Source: Pseudomonadota bacterium
GTDB taxonomy: Bacteria; Desulfobacterota; BSN033; WVXP01; G020346125
Assembly: GCA_030608745.1 (NCBI GenBank)
Contig: JAUWDQ010000002.1
Coordinates: 1-33,595 of the forward strand
Direction of reading: 5' to 3'
Length of the DNA: 33,595 nt
Part shown: positions 19,420 through 27,370 of the stretch, piece by piece
How positions within the stretch are numbered: position 1 is the stretch's first letter
Layout: every line of letters starts with the position of its first letter
Made by a program: the position numbers and the translations under genes
The notes under the pieces: model-generated
What the model was told of the DNA's origin: nothing
Seen by the model: the letters and a program-made list of their open reading frames with translations, nothing else
The model's database searches: none

Positions 19420-20142
19420 ATGGTTACTGTAGATCCATACACGGTAAAATTGGAGATTTTCGAGGGCCCCTTGGACCTTCTCTTGCACCTCATCAGACGG
19501 AACCAGGTAGACATATACGATATTCCCATCGCCACGATCACAGACCAATACCTGGATTATCTCAGCATGATGAGGAGTCTCAACTTGGATGTTGCCGGCG
19601 AATTCCTTTTGATGGCGGCGACCTTGCTCCAAATAAAATCGAAGACATTGTTGCCATTACCGCCCGAAGAGGAGGAAGAAGGGGGGGAAGACCCGAGGGC
19701 AGAGCTGGTGAACAGACTATTGGAATATCAGAAATACAAGGAAGCGGCTGCTCGATTCCATGAGAGGGATATGTTGGAAAGGGATATCTTCGTGCAGGGA
19801 AATCAAGCAGAGGGATCTGAAGATAGGAGACTAGTTGAGATCGGGGTTTTCGAACTGATCGAGGCCCTCAAGGATGTTTTGAATCGGGCCTCCATCGAAG
19901 CGGCCTATGATATTACCCTGGATCGGATAACGATAGAGGAGCGGATCGCCCAAATTCTGGAGGCGGTCAAATTGGAAAGGAGTGGACTTCTCTTCTCGTC
20001 GCTCTTTTCCGGGGCATCGTCCAAGGAGGATATTATTCTCACCTTCCTCGCTCTTTTGGAATTGATCAAAATGAGGATGATTAAGGTTTATCAAAGGACT
20101 CCATTTGGACCGATAGAGATTTTCGCCCTCTCGGGAGGGTAG
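19420..20142 (+). CDS. scpA: Segregation and condensation protein A
   Basis: LEIFEGPLDLLLHLIRRNQVDIYDIPIATITDQY is the ScpA N-terminal signature. Confidence 0.85.
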   Translation: MVTVDPYTVKLEIFEGPLDLLLHLIRRNQVDIYDIPIATITDQYLDYLSMMRSLNLDVAGEFLLMAATLLQIKSKTLLPLPPEEEEEGGEDPRAELVNRLLEYQKYKEAAARFHERDMLERDIFVQGNQAEGSEDRRLVEIGVFELIEALKDVLNRASIEAAYDITLDRITIEERIAQILEAVKLERSGLLFSSLFSGASSKEDIILTFLALLELIKMRMIKVYQRTPFGPIEIFALSGG

Positions 20143-20151
20143 GGGAAATCC

Positions 20152-20844
20152 ATGAAAAGGATTGTTATCATTGTTGGTTTATTGATTGTGGCCGTGATAA
20201 TAGACCTTTCGGCCAGGGAATTGCCCCAGGTAAAGGAACTGATGGTAGTGGGGTCTGGGGAAATGGTTACGGGGAACGTCGGGAGGGCCCGTCAAGATGC
20301 AATCCTAAATGCCCTCAAGGAGGCGGTACGGATCTCTCTGCTGGAGTTTATTCCAGCACCCATGCTTGAAGAGAATACCGTTACGCTGAACATGGAAATC
20401 TTCAGCCGGGTGACCCAATACGTGCAAACCTTCAAGATCCTCTCCGAGACAGGGAGGGATGATGGGCATGAGGTATTGTTGCAAGCTCAGGTGGACCTCC
20501 ATAAATTGAAGGATTCGCTGTCGGCTCTGGGCTTATTGGGGGAGAAGGTCGTCCAGGAGGAGATTGTCCGCATCCGAATGGTCCTCGCTGAGGTCTCTCG
20601 GTATCCTTGGTATAGGGAATTTGAGGATTTCCTGAGGGAAGGGCTTGAATTCGTCAGGGGGGTTCAACTTCGGTCCGTGATGACAGGAGAGTTCACCATG
20701 GACATTGAATTAGCCGGCGATATCCAATCCTTTCTCGATGCTTTGACGACAAAGGAGTTTGAGGAATTCTTCCTGGAGATCCATCAAACCCTTGAGGATC
20801 AGGTTATGGTTCGTTTTATGCCAAAGGAAGCATCAGGGTCTTAA
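20152..20844 (+). CDS. Exported/membrane-anchored hypothetical protein with an LPP20/FlgT-N-like N-terminal motif (tentative)
   Basis: N-terminal hydrophobic segment IVIIVGLLIVAVII, then VVGSGEMVTGNVGRARQDAILNALKEAVRISLLEFI. I do not recognise a family for the rest. Confidence 0.5.
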   Translation: MKRIVIIVGLLIVAVIIDLSARELPQVKELMVVGSGEMVTGNVGRARQDAILNALKEAVRISLLEFIPAPMLEENTVTLNMEIFSRVTQYVQTFKILSETGRDDGHEVLLQAQVDLHKLKDSLSALGLLGEKVVQEEIVRIRMVLAEVSRYPWYREFEDFLREGLEFVRGVQLRSVMTGEFTMDIELAGDIQSFLDALTTKEFEEFFLEIHQTLEDQVMVRFMPKEASGS

Positions 20845-20870
20845 AGGTCCCTGCCCTTTCTTTATTTATA

Positions 20871-21061
20871 TTGACGTCATTGAAATGAGTTGAAATGAGA
20901 CGCCAAAGAAAAAAATTCAGATGCAAGGCGCGAAAGTCCTGAGGAATGGGGCGTACATAGAAATACGCTGCAGTGACGAAGGATGAAGCGCAACGCAGCC
21001 CTTCGGCTTTGCTCAGGGCCGTGAGCATGTCGAACGGCAGATGAACTTTTTACTAAGCCGT
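20871..21061 (+). repeat. Intergenic repeat family, copy 3 (variant left arm plus a 39-nt GC-rich insert)
   Basis: It shares TTGACGTCATTG..., the GCGTAC hairpin, CAGTGACGAAGGATGAAGCGCAACGCAG and CAGATGAACTTTTTACTAAGCCGT. It has a tandem TTGAAATGAG x2 (20879-20898) and an insert at 20999-21037. Confidence 0.85.
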
Positions 21062-21090
21062 AAAGATTAATGCGAGAAAAGGAGTGCCCC

Positions 21091-21969
21091 ATGAGAAAGC
21101 ATCCCGTATTGTTAGGTCTCATTATCATCGGAGTTATTTTAGGCGTCTTCCTCATATCGCTCTTTTTCTTAGGTCGGTTTGGAGAGGAAAGGGTCTTCGT
21201 CCTTGGGGAAAAGATCGCCGTGGTGGATATTAAGGGGGTGATCACCAGTTCCAGGGGCATCGTTGAGCAGATCGAAAAATTGAAGGAGGACAGCGATGTT
21301 AAGGCCATCATTTTGAGGATCAATTCCCCGGGAGGCGGCGTCGGGCCTTCACAGGAGATTTATCGGGAAGTCTTGAGAGCCAAGGAGAAGAAGAAAATCA
21401 TCGCCTCGATGGAATCCGTGGCCGCATCGGGTGGGTATTATGTTGCCTGTGCTTCGGACATCATCGTGGCCAATCCGGGAACCATTACGGGGAGCATCGG
21501 TGTGGTGATGGAATTCTCAAATGTAGAGGATTTATTGAAAAAAATAGGATTACGGAGCTACGTGATCAAAAGCGGTAAACATAAGGATATCGGGTCCCCG
21601 TTAAGAGAAATGACCTCTGAGGAGAAGGCAATCCTTCAGAGCGTTATCGATAGTGTCCACAGTCAGTTCGTTCGGGCGGTCGCGGAGGGCAGGAATATGG
21701 AGGAAAGGAAGGTAAGGCGGATCGCCGATGGCCGCATTTTTTCAGGGGAACAGGCCAAGGAATTGGGGTTGGTTGACCGGCTTGGAAGCCTTCAAGACGC
21801 CATCGAAATAGCGGCCGAAATGATCGGGATTGAAGGGAAACCCGTGGTGGTTTACCCGAAGAAGAAATTATCCCTCTACGAATTGCTCTTCAAGAAATCC
21901 CTTCGCCTCATTATGGATGAGGTTTGGCAGAGGGAGTACCGGCTCAGCTACTTGATGTATTCCTCGTGA
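21091..21969 (+). CDS. sppA: Signal peptide peptidase SppA, 36K type (S49)
   Basis: N-terminal TM segment, SPGGGV, AASGGYYVA and KSGKHKD motifs. AAGGAG SD precedes ATG 21091; the track ORF starts at ATG 21070. Confidence 0.85.
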   Translation: MRKHPVLLGLIIIGVILGVFLISLFFLGRFGEERVFVLGEKIAVVDIKGVITSSRGIVEQIEKLKEDSDVKAIILRINSPGGGVGPSQEIYREVLRAKEKKKIIASMESVAASGGYYVACASDIIVANPGTITGSIGVVMEFSNVEDLLKKIGLRSYVIKSGKHKDIGSPLREMTSEEKAILQSVIDSVHSQFVRAVAEGRNMEERKVRRIADGRIFSGEQAKELGLVDRLGSLQDAIEIAAEMIGIEGKPVVVYPKKKLSLYELLFKKSLRLIMDEVWQREYRLSYLMYSS

Positions 21970-22694
21970 ACCTTCTTTATGTCCTCCCAGACTTCCCTTT
22001 TCTTGTGGGGATTCCTCAAAAGAAAGGCCGGATGATAGGTGGGCATCACCTTGATTCCGCGGCACAAAAAAAACCGTCCTCTCAAGTTGGAAATCTTTTC
22101 ATCACTCTTGAGCAACGTTTGGGCCGCAAAGGTCCCCAGGGCGCAGATGATTTTTGGCTGAATGATCTCTAGCTGTTTATAGAGAAAAGGCTCACAGGTA
22201 GCGATCTCGTCCTGTTGAGGATTTCGATTATGGGGAGGCCGACATTTAATAATATTGGTGATATAGACCTCTTCCCTCCTGAGGCCGATCGCATTGATGA
22301 TTCGAGTTAAGAGTTGCCCGGCCTTACCGACGAAAGGCCTTCCCTGTCGGTCTTCATCCTCTCCTGGACCTTCCCCGATGAATACCAATTGGGCCTTCTC
22401 GCTCCCGTCACCGAAGACGATATGTCGGCGCGTTAGATGAAGTTTACACCGTTTGCACTCCCCCAGCTCCCTCCTCACCTCGGTTAAGGTGGGCTGAGGA
22501 TGAGGGATTTTTCTCGCGGATCCGGGGAGGAATTCCGCGCCCAGACTTCCTTGATAGGCTACGTAATGCCTTAAATCTCCTATGAGTTCGATGAATTGTC
22601 TCTTTACGAGGGGTTTTTCTACCTTATCCATGGGATTAATCGTAGAGTCGGTTTGGCTCCATACGATAATACGTCTTCGGTTCCCTCCTGTCAA
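21948..22694 (-). CDS. Family 4 uracil-DNA glycosylase (Fe-S type) with an N-terminal extension
   Basis: CKRCKL, GEGPGEDEDRQGRPFVGKAGQLL and NIIKCRPP motifs. The 3' end overlaps sppA convergently by 22 nt. The start is uncertain: TTG 22694 or ATG 22631. Confidence 0.85.
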   Translation of the reverse strand: MTGGNRRRIIVWSQTDSTINPMDKVEKPLVKRQFIELIGDLRHYVAYQGSLGAEFLPGSARKIPHPQPTLTEVRRELGECKRCKLHLTRRHIVFGDGSEKAQLVFIGEGPGEDEDRQGRPFVGKAGQLLTRIINAIGLRREEVYITNIIKCRPPHNRNPQQDEIATCEPFLYKQLEIIQPKIICALGTFAAQTLLKSDEKISNLRGRFFLCRGIKVMPTYHPAFLLRNPHKKREVWEDIKKVHEEYIK

Positions 22695-22730
22695 CTTGCC
22701 TGTTCGGGATTGTGGTGAAAAAGGTCTCCC

Positions 22731-22759
22731 ATTATCCCGGAGGATGGTTAATGTTGTAA
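22731..22759 (-). promoter_or_regulatory. Candidate sigma-70 promoter for the uracil-DNA glycosylase gene
   Basis: On the minus strand: TTACAA (22759-22754), 17-nt spacer, GATAAT (22736-22731). Confidence 0.4.
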
Positions 22760-22861
22760 GCTATCGGCTGGTCAAGGTTTCAAGCTTTTCCAAGGGGAAT
22801 TTCTGTGACATGTTGATCAAATAGGGACTCAGGGGCTTTGCCCCGGCTGGAACATCCCAAC

Positions 22862-22951
22862 TGGAATACCAGCTGGAATAGTGGAATAATGGAATACTGG
22901 AATGATGGGTTGATGGAAAAGACTATATGGAATAATGGAATGGTGGGTATC
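22862..22951. repeat. Tandem octamer array, TGGAATAN, ~10 units
   Basis: The units read in order are tggaatac, tggaatag, tggaataa, tggaatac, tggaatga, tgggttga, tggaaaag, tggaataa, tggaatgg and tgggtatc. There are two short interruptions. Confidence 0.8.
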
Positions 22952-22962
22952 AAAACTGGTGG

Positions 22963-23080
22963 GTTATAAACCCAATAAACTCAATAAACCCGAGCAACCC
23001 AAGCAAACCATCCAAACGGTCTGAACGATCTAAACCGAATAAACGGAATAAACCAAATAAACCAGATAAACCGAAACAAT
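22963..23080. repeat. Tandem nonamer array, NNRATAAAC, 13 units
   Basis: The units are gttataaac, ccaataaac, tcaataaac, ccgagcaac, ccaagcaaac, catccaaac, ggtctgaac, gatctaaac, cgaataaac, ggaataaac, caaataaac, cagataaac and cgaaacaat. Confidence 0.8.
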
Positions 23081-23137
23081 TCCTCATAGGGACAACGGAG
23101 TTCCCCTGAAAACCAGGAAACTCCAGGTCGAATGTCA

Positions 23138-23166
23138 TTGAAAAACCTATCCTAATATCTTATATT
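23138..23166 (+). promoter_or_regulatory. Candidate sigma-70 promoter for the zinc-ribbon gene
   Basis: TTGAAA (23138-23143), 17-nt spacer, TATATT (23161-23166). Confidence 0.4.
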
Positions 23167-23222
23167 GTTATGAGTTTATCTTTTCTCATGAAGGCACTGG
23201 AGCAATTGACGGGGTATTGAAT

Positions 23223-23498
23223 ATGAAATGTCGCAACTGTGGAGCGATCAATAGGAAGGATTCAAAATTTTGCAAAAAGTGTGGTTCCAGCCAAAACATG
23301 AACCTCGCCTGTCCCCGTTGCCATTGCGATAACCTTCCGGATGCGTACTACTGCACCCAGTGTGGAACGAGGCTGTCTATTCAAAGAAAGCCCAAGGGGA
23401 CCCAAAAGTGCTGCCAGAGTTGCGGCTATTTTAACGATGTTGATGCCGCTTACTGCTATTATTGCAATCAGAAGATACTGGAGGATTACCCGGAATAG
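23223..23498 (+). CDS. Triple zinc-ribbon protein (DZR-like)
   Basis: Three CxxC-(x10)-CxxC units: CRNC..CKKC, CPRC..CTQC and CQSC..CYYC. The start is ATG 23223; the track ORF starts at TTG 23217. Confidence 0.7.
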   Translation: MKCRNCGAINRKDSKFCKKCGSSQNMNLACPRCHCDNLPDAYYCTQCGTRLSIQRKPKGTQKCCQSCGYFNDVDAAYCYYCNQKILEDYPE

Positions 23499-23580
23499 CC
23501 CTTTTAGCGCCGTCGGGAATGGCTATAGTGGGGTAGAGGTTTTTGCAAGGACAAATAGAGGGAAAAGGGGTGATAAGGAG

Positions 23581-24177
23581 ATGAAGTGGAAATGGATGTA
23601 TCCGCTAGTTCTTCTGTTCTATCTATGGGGATGTGCGGCAAGCCGTACCTTTTGGATGGATATCCGATACCTGCCAGGACCCTCGGCTGAGCAGGCGGAG
23701 CGGAAACAGGTCGTTGCAGTCAATGACTTCAAGGACCTCAGGGAAGATAGTTCCACACTTGGGGCTTGGACTCGGCCCAAGGGTCGACTGGATACTTTTA
23801 TGACCTCCAAACCTGTGGATCAGGCGGTCACCAAGGCTATATCGGACTATTTCATTTCCCGGAAGTATCGAGTTATTAATTATACGGGCTGGGATTTGAG
23901 TCCCGAGAGTCTTTCCGGTATTCCGGCCGATTTAGTGGTTGGGGGGGATATTATTCATCTGAAAAGTGAAGCCTGGACCACCGTACGAACGAGGGTGAAA
24001 GTCCACGTCCAGCTTCAGATTCACGTGGGCAAAGTAAGGGAGAGGAAGGTATTGAGCCAAAAAATGGAGATCTCGAAGGAGATAGTAGGGGTTACATCGA
24101 GGCCGGAAAACATCGAGGAAGCGCTCAATAAGGAACTTTCGGAGGCCATTGACAGGATCTTCCAAGGCATACTGTGA
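23581..24177 (+). CDS. Lipoprotein of unknown function (possibly a TolB-N/LpoB-like fold; tentative)
   Basis: AAGGAG SD before ATG 23581. The signal peptide has lipobox LWGC (Cys18). VAVNDFKDLRED...ADLVVGGDIIHL resembles small envelope lipoproteins. The 5' part of the track ORF (23341-23580) overlaps the zinc-ribbon gene and is discounted. Confidence 0.6.
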   Translation: MKWKWMYPLVLLFYLWGCAASRTFWMDIRYLPGPSAEQAERKQVVAVNDFKDLREDSSTLGAWTRPKGRLDTFMTSKPVDQAVTKAISDYFISRKYRVINYTGWDLSPESLSGIPADLVVGGDIIHLKSEAWTTVRTRVKVHVQLQIHVGKVRERKVLSQKMEISKEIVGVTSRPENIEEALNKELSEAIDRIFQGIL

Positions 24178-24210
24178 CCTCCCCGACTTTCCAAGGATTA
24201 GGGTAATCAT

Positions 24211-25284
24211 ATGGAGCGGAAGCATTTTGCCTCGATGTTCATCATCGGTCTCGTTGTCCTATCCTTCTACCTCTTCTACGTGGTTTTCTCTCCTTTTTTG
24301 GTTCCCATTGTCTGGGCCATCATCCTAGCCATTGTATTCTACCCCGGTTACCAAAGGTTGAACCATCGGTTGAAGGGGAGGAGATCCCTCTGTGCCCTAT
24401 TGATGACGGCCCTTGTTGTGTTACTTATCGTACTTCCATCCACCTATATCCTTTCAATGTTGGCCAACGAGGCAATAAACGTCTACGTCTTTTTCGAAAG
24501 GGGATTGGAAACGGGCCGATTTCAATCGATTTTGGAGGTGAAGGATCACCCCATTATCCAGGGGTGGTGGAATCAGCTCAACCAGTATGTTGACCTCTCC
24601 GAAATCGATCTCAATTCCCTTCTGCTTGAAAACTTGAGAAAGGTGAGCACCTTCGCCATCAACCAGACCTCGAGGGTCATAAAGGGATTCTCTTTTATTA
24701 TCATCAATTTCTGCCTGGTCGTCATTTCGTTATACTATGTCTTCAAGGATGGTGATCAATTACTCAGGAAGATCCGCGAGGCGATCCCTTTGGTTCCTGA
24801 AGATAGGGGTTTGCTTTTCTCTCGTTTGGAGGAGATGGTCTACGCAACCCTATACGGGGGGATATTTGTTGCCCTTCTTCAAGGTTTTTTGGGAGGATTG
24901 GCCTTCTGGTTTTTGGGGCTCTCGTCTCCGATTTTTTGGGGTACGGTTATGGCCTTTCTCTCCTTTTTGCCTATCATTGGTCCCGTTTTCGTGTGGGGGC
25001 CAGTCGTCACCTACTTCTTCTTACAGGGGTCGATTTTAAAGGGGATTGTGCTTCTGGTCTGGGGAGGAGCCGTGGTGGGCCTTTCGGACAATTTTTTGCG
25101 CCCGATCCTCATCAGCAAGAGAACAAAGCTTCATACCATTCTGTTGTTCTTCGGGGTACTGGGTGGAATAAAGGGCTTCGGATTGCTGGGATTGGTTGTA
25201 GGTCCACTAGTGGTGACCATCTGTATAACTATCCTGGATATCTATTCGGAAAAGGCAGCTCAAACTGCCCCATCGGAGATTTGA
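24211..25284 (+). CDS. AI-2E family transporter (PerM/UPF0118)
   Basis: Polytopic 357-aa protein. LSFLPIIGPVFVWGPV and SDNFLRPILISKRTKLH are typical conserved C-terminal motifs of this family. Confidence 0.85.
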   Translation: MERKHFASMFIIGLVVLSFYLFYVVFSPFLVPIVWAIILAIVFYPGYQRLNHRLKGRRSLCALLMTALVVLLIVLPSTYILSMLANEAINVYVFFERGLETGRFQSILEVKDHPIIQGWWNQLNQYVDLSEIDLNSLLLENLRKVSTFAINQTSRVIKGFSFIIINFCLVVISLYYVFKDGDQLLRKIREAIPLVPEDRGLLFSRLEEMVYATLYGGIFVALLQGFLGGLAFWFLGLSSPIFWGTVMAFLSFLPIIGPVFVWGPVVTYFFLQGSILKGIVLLVWGGAVVGLSDNFLRPILISKRTKLHTILLFFGVLGGIKGFGLLGLVVGPLVVTICITILDIYSEKAAQTAPSEI

Positions 25285-25302
25285 AGGATACGGAGGCAAG
25301 GA

Positions 25303-26487
25303 ATGAGGAAAGCACTGGTCCTTTTTCTGGTTCCCGTAATTCTCATTGGATGTGCAAAATTGACCAAGGATGTGAAAGCGCCCGAGAAGCCCTTGATACT
25401 ACTGAAGGGAAGAGATATTCCCTCCTTCGATAATGATTTAAACAGGGAATCATTGAGGGTTGCCATCAGTCGGAGCATTGAATTTTTCCGGAGGCTGCCG
25501 GCGGATCGCCTCTTCGAGTACGGAGAAGATCAATATTCAACCTCCCACATCATCAAGTCAATGGAGACTTTTTTGTATCTCCTGGATGAGGCTGAGGATA
25601 TGGAGGAGCTAACCGATATGGTCCGGCAGCGGTTTAACGTTTACCAATCCGTTGGATCGGATGGGCGGGGAACGGTTCTCTACACCGGGTATTACGAGCC
25701 CATCCTTAAAGGGAGTTTGACTCCCAATGGGACGTATAGGTGGCCCCTGTATAAGAGGCCGAACGATTTGATTGAGATCGACCTGGAGCTCTTCAGCGGC
25801 AGGTTCAAAGGGGAGAAGATCAGAGCCCGTTACGATGGGAGCCGGATTGTGCCCTATTACACCAGGGAAGAGATCGATAACCATGGAATGCTATCGGGAA
25901 GGCAATTGGAGATCGCCTGGTTGGAGGATCCCATTGATGTCTTCTTCCTTCAGATCCAAGGATCAGGGCAGGTCCTTCTGGAGGATGAACCCACCCTGAG
26001 GGTAAACTACTCGGCATGGAATGGAAGGCCCTATCGAAGTATTGGGGCCCTATTGATCAATAGGGGGATCATAAAGAGGGAGGAGATGAGCATTACCCGG
26101 TTGAGGGAATATTTACGGGATAACCCCAGCCAGAGGGAGGAGATCCTAAATTATAATGAAAGCTACATCTTCTTCAGGGTGGTGGAACAGGGGCCACTGG
26201 GCAACATTGAGGTTCCACTCACCCCTGGTCTTTCCATTGCCACGGATTCCAGATTGTTCCCCAAGGGTGGCCTGGTCTACATCTGTGCCGAAAAGCCCAT
26301 CATCGACGATTCGGGTACCGTCATAGGGTGGATTCCCTTCTCGAGGTTCGCCCTCAACCAGGATACAGGGGGTGTCATCAAGGGGCCGGGGCGGGTAGAC
26401 CTTTTTTGGGGAAGCGGAGAGGAGGCGGGGATTCCGGCAGGACATATGAAAAACGAGGGGAAGCTCTATTTCCTCGTCGAGAAATAA
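25303..26487 (+). CDS. mltA: Membrane-bound lytic murein transglycosylase A
   Basis: Lipoprotein-type signal (LIGC), TGYYEP, IAWLEDPIDVFFLQIQGSG and a 3D-domain motif, DTGGVIKGPGRVDLFWGSGEEA. Confidence 0.85.
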   Translation: MRKALVLFLVPVILIGCAKLTKDVKAPEKPLILLKGRDIPSFDNDLNRESLRVAISRSIEFFRRLPADRLFEYGEDQYSTSHIIKSMETFLYLLDEAEDMEELTDMVRQRFNVYQSVGSDGRGTVLYTGYYEPILKGSLTPNGTYRWPLYKRPNDLIEIDLELFSGRFKGEKIRARYDGSRIVPYYTREEIDNHGMLSGRQLEIAWLEDPIDVFFLQIQGSGQVLLEDEPTLRVNYSAWNGRPYRSIGALLINRGIIKREEMSITRLREYLRDNPSQREEILNYNESYIFFRVVEQGPLGNIEVPLTPGLSIATDSRLFPKGGLVYICAEKPIIDDSGTVIGWIPFSRFALNQDTGGVIKGPGRVDLFWGSGEEAGIPAGHMKNEGKLYFLVEK

Positions 26488-26780
26488 TCTCCTGGTTTGC
26501 TTGCCATCAATTTCGGGGATCTGTGATTCTTGATCAACCCATGTCATATTGGCATACCCGCAATATCCAAAGAAATTAAAAGGGACATATTCAATTAGAA
26601 AATAAGCCCGGAACATGCCTTTTTAGTCTCACCTTAACTTCCAATATCTTCTGGCACTTTTACCATTCCACCCAGGTAGCCCATCCTCCTTCTTCAAATT
26701 CATGTTTCAGCCCATTTATTATTCGGGGAATCGTTGGGGAGAAACGTGCTTGAACGTATTTTTGCTGGATTCATCTCGAT

Positions 26781-26796
26781 TGGCATATGAATTGCT
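26781..26796 (+). promoter_or_regulatory. Sigma-54 (RpoN) -24/-12 type promoter
   Basis: TGGCAT-ATGAA-TTGCT compared with the consensus TGGCAC-N5-TTGCW, with correct GG-to-GC spacing. It lies in a ~490-nt ORF-poor gap, about 180 nt upstream of ATG 26978. Confidence 0.45.
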
Positions 26797-26977
26797 TATT
26801 AATTCATGACAGGCCTTCCAAGATGGCGTGCTAGCCGTGCATTTCCCTTTAGTGGAATTAAGCTTCGGAAAGAGCATACGCCACTGTGATTATTTTTCAT
26901 ACGAGTTGATAAATTTTGTCATCGGTTTACAGGTAGCGGGCGGGATCATATGCAACCAGGTTCTGAGGAGGAGGTCG

Positions 26978-27238
26978 ATGAGGTTCAATATCGGGGATAA
27001 GGTTCGCCATCGGGGTCTCAGGTGGCTTTGGGGAACAGTAGAGGAGATCTACGAGGCCTCAAGAGCCCATTCCGATGATGGCCGCTACTATCACTATAAG
27101 GTATCCCTCGGGAAAGGTAACTACTATATCGATCGAGGAAGTGAATGGGAATCTATTCCAGGAGGAAAGGAGAATTCGGAAGCCACTTCCGATCGTGGGG
27201 TCAATTTCGAGGATTCCGTACCGCCTGACTCGGACTAA
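26978..27238 (+). CDS. Small hypothetical protein (86 aa)
   Basis: Strong GAGGAGGAGG SD before ATG 26978. MRFNIGDKVRHRGLRWLWGTVEEIY... belongs to no family I recognise. A longer GTG 26828 start is possible but lacks an SD. Confidence 0.5.
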   Translation: MRFNIGDKVRHRGLRWLWGTVEEIYEASRAHSDDGRYYHYKVSLGKGNYYIDRGSEWESIPGGKENSEATSDRGVNFEDSVPPDSD

Positions 27239-27280
27239 CCCCTTCGAGTTTATCCCTCGGCCAGTTTAAAGGGGGTTTTG
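27237..27280 (+). terminator. Possible terminator after the small ORF
   Basis: AACCCCTT ... AAGGGGGTT is an imperfect stem with a 24-nt loop containing its own CGAG/CTCG pairing, followed by TTTT. The geometry is weak. Confidence 0.3.
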
Positions 27281-27370
27281 CTATAACCTCATTTTCGTGT
27301 CCACCATTTCCCCAAGTTTTGCCTTAACAAATTACCCCATTCAGCCTAGTTTGGGTACTGCCGTTATGCG

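Noticed and set aside
20999-21037. Possible relatedness of the 39-nt insert in repeat copy 3 to the GC-rich island at 31165-31252
   Set aside because: Only an 8-mer (TCGACATG) and loose flanking similarity are shared, which is within chance expectation.
22862-23080. Possibility that the tandem arrays here (and at 27371-27540 and 31054-31165) are CRISPR arrays
   Set aside because: The units are 7-9 bp and directly abutting, with no spacers, and there are no cas genes. This is not CRISPR architecture.
22950-23138. 62-aa minus-strand ORF (…GLSGLFGLFRLFGLDRSDRLDGLLGLLGFIEFIGFI…) running through the nonamer array, with a weak AGGA upstream
   Set aside because: The repeat unit has no stop codon in any minus-strand frame, so an ORF is automatic. 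The 3-aa periodic sequence simply mirrors the DNA repeat. It cannot be excluded as a repeat-encoded hydrophobic peptide, but nothing supports it.
23170-23220. 16-codon upstream ORF (MSLSFLMKALEQLTGY) ending 2 nt before the zinc-ribbon gene start
   Set aside because: The ATG sits only 4 nt after the predicted -10 hexamer, so it may not be transcribed. There is no SD. It is too short to evaluate without comparative data.
23341-23580. 5' extension of the lipoprotein ORF overlapping the zinc-ribbon gene
   Set aside because: The extension has no signal-peptide logic. A strong SD plus a canonical lipoprotein signal begins at ATG 23581.
24737-25433. Alternative-frame ORFs (100 and 165 aa) inside and beyond the AI-2E transporter gene
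   Set aside because: They overlap a well-supported polytopic transporter frame and the mltA start, and have biased Gly/Arg/Ser composition with no SD.
26146-26616. 156-aa minus-strand ORF whose N-terminal 43 codons lie outside mltA (…FNFFGYCGYANMTW…), considered as a small or RiPP-like peptide gene
   Set aside because: Most of it is antisense to the mltA 3D domain. It has no SD, and nothing nearby resembles a modification enzyme.
26562-26667. Two additional TGGCA motifs (26562 TGGCATACCCGCAAT, 26652 TGGCACTTTTACCATT) considered as sigma-54 promoters
   Set aside because: The -12 GC element is missing or wrongly spaced (7 nt where 10 nt are required between GG and GC). Only the 26781 site fits.
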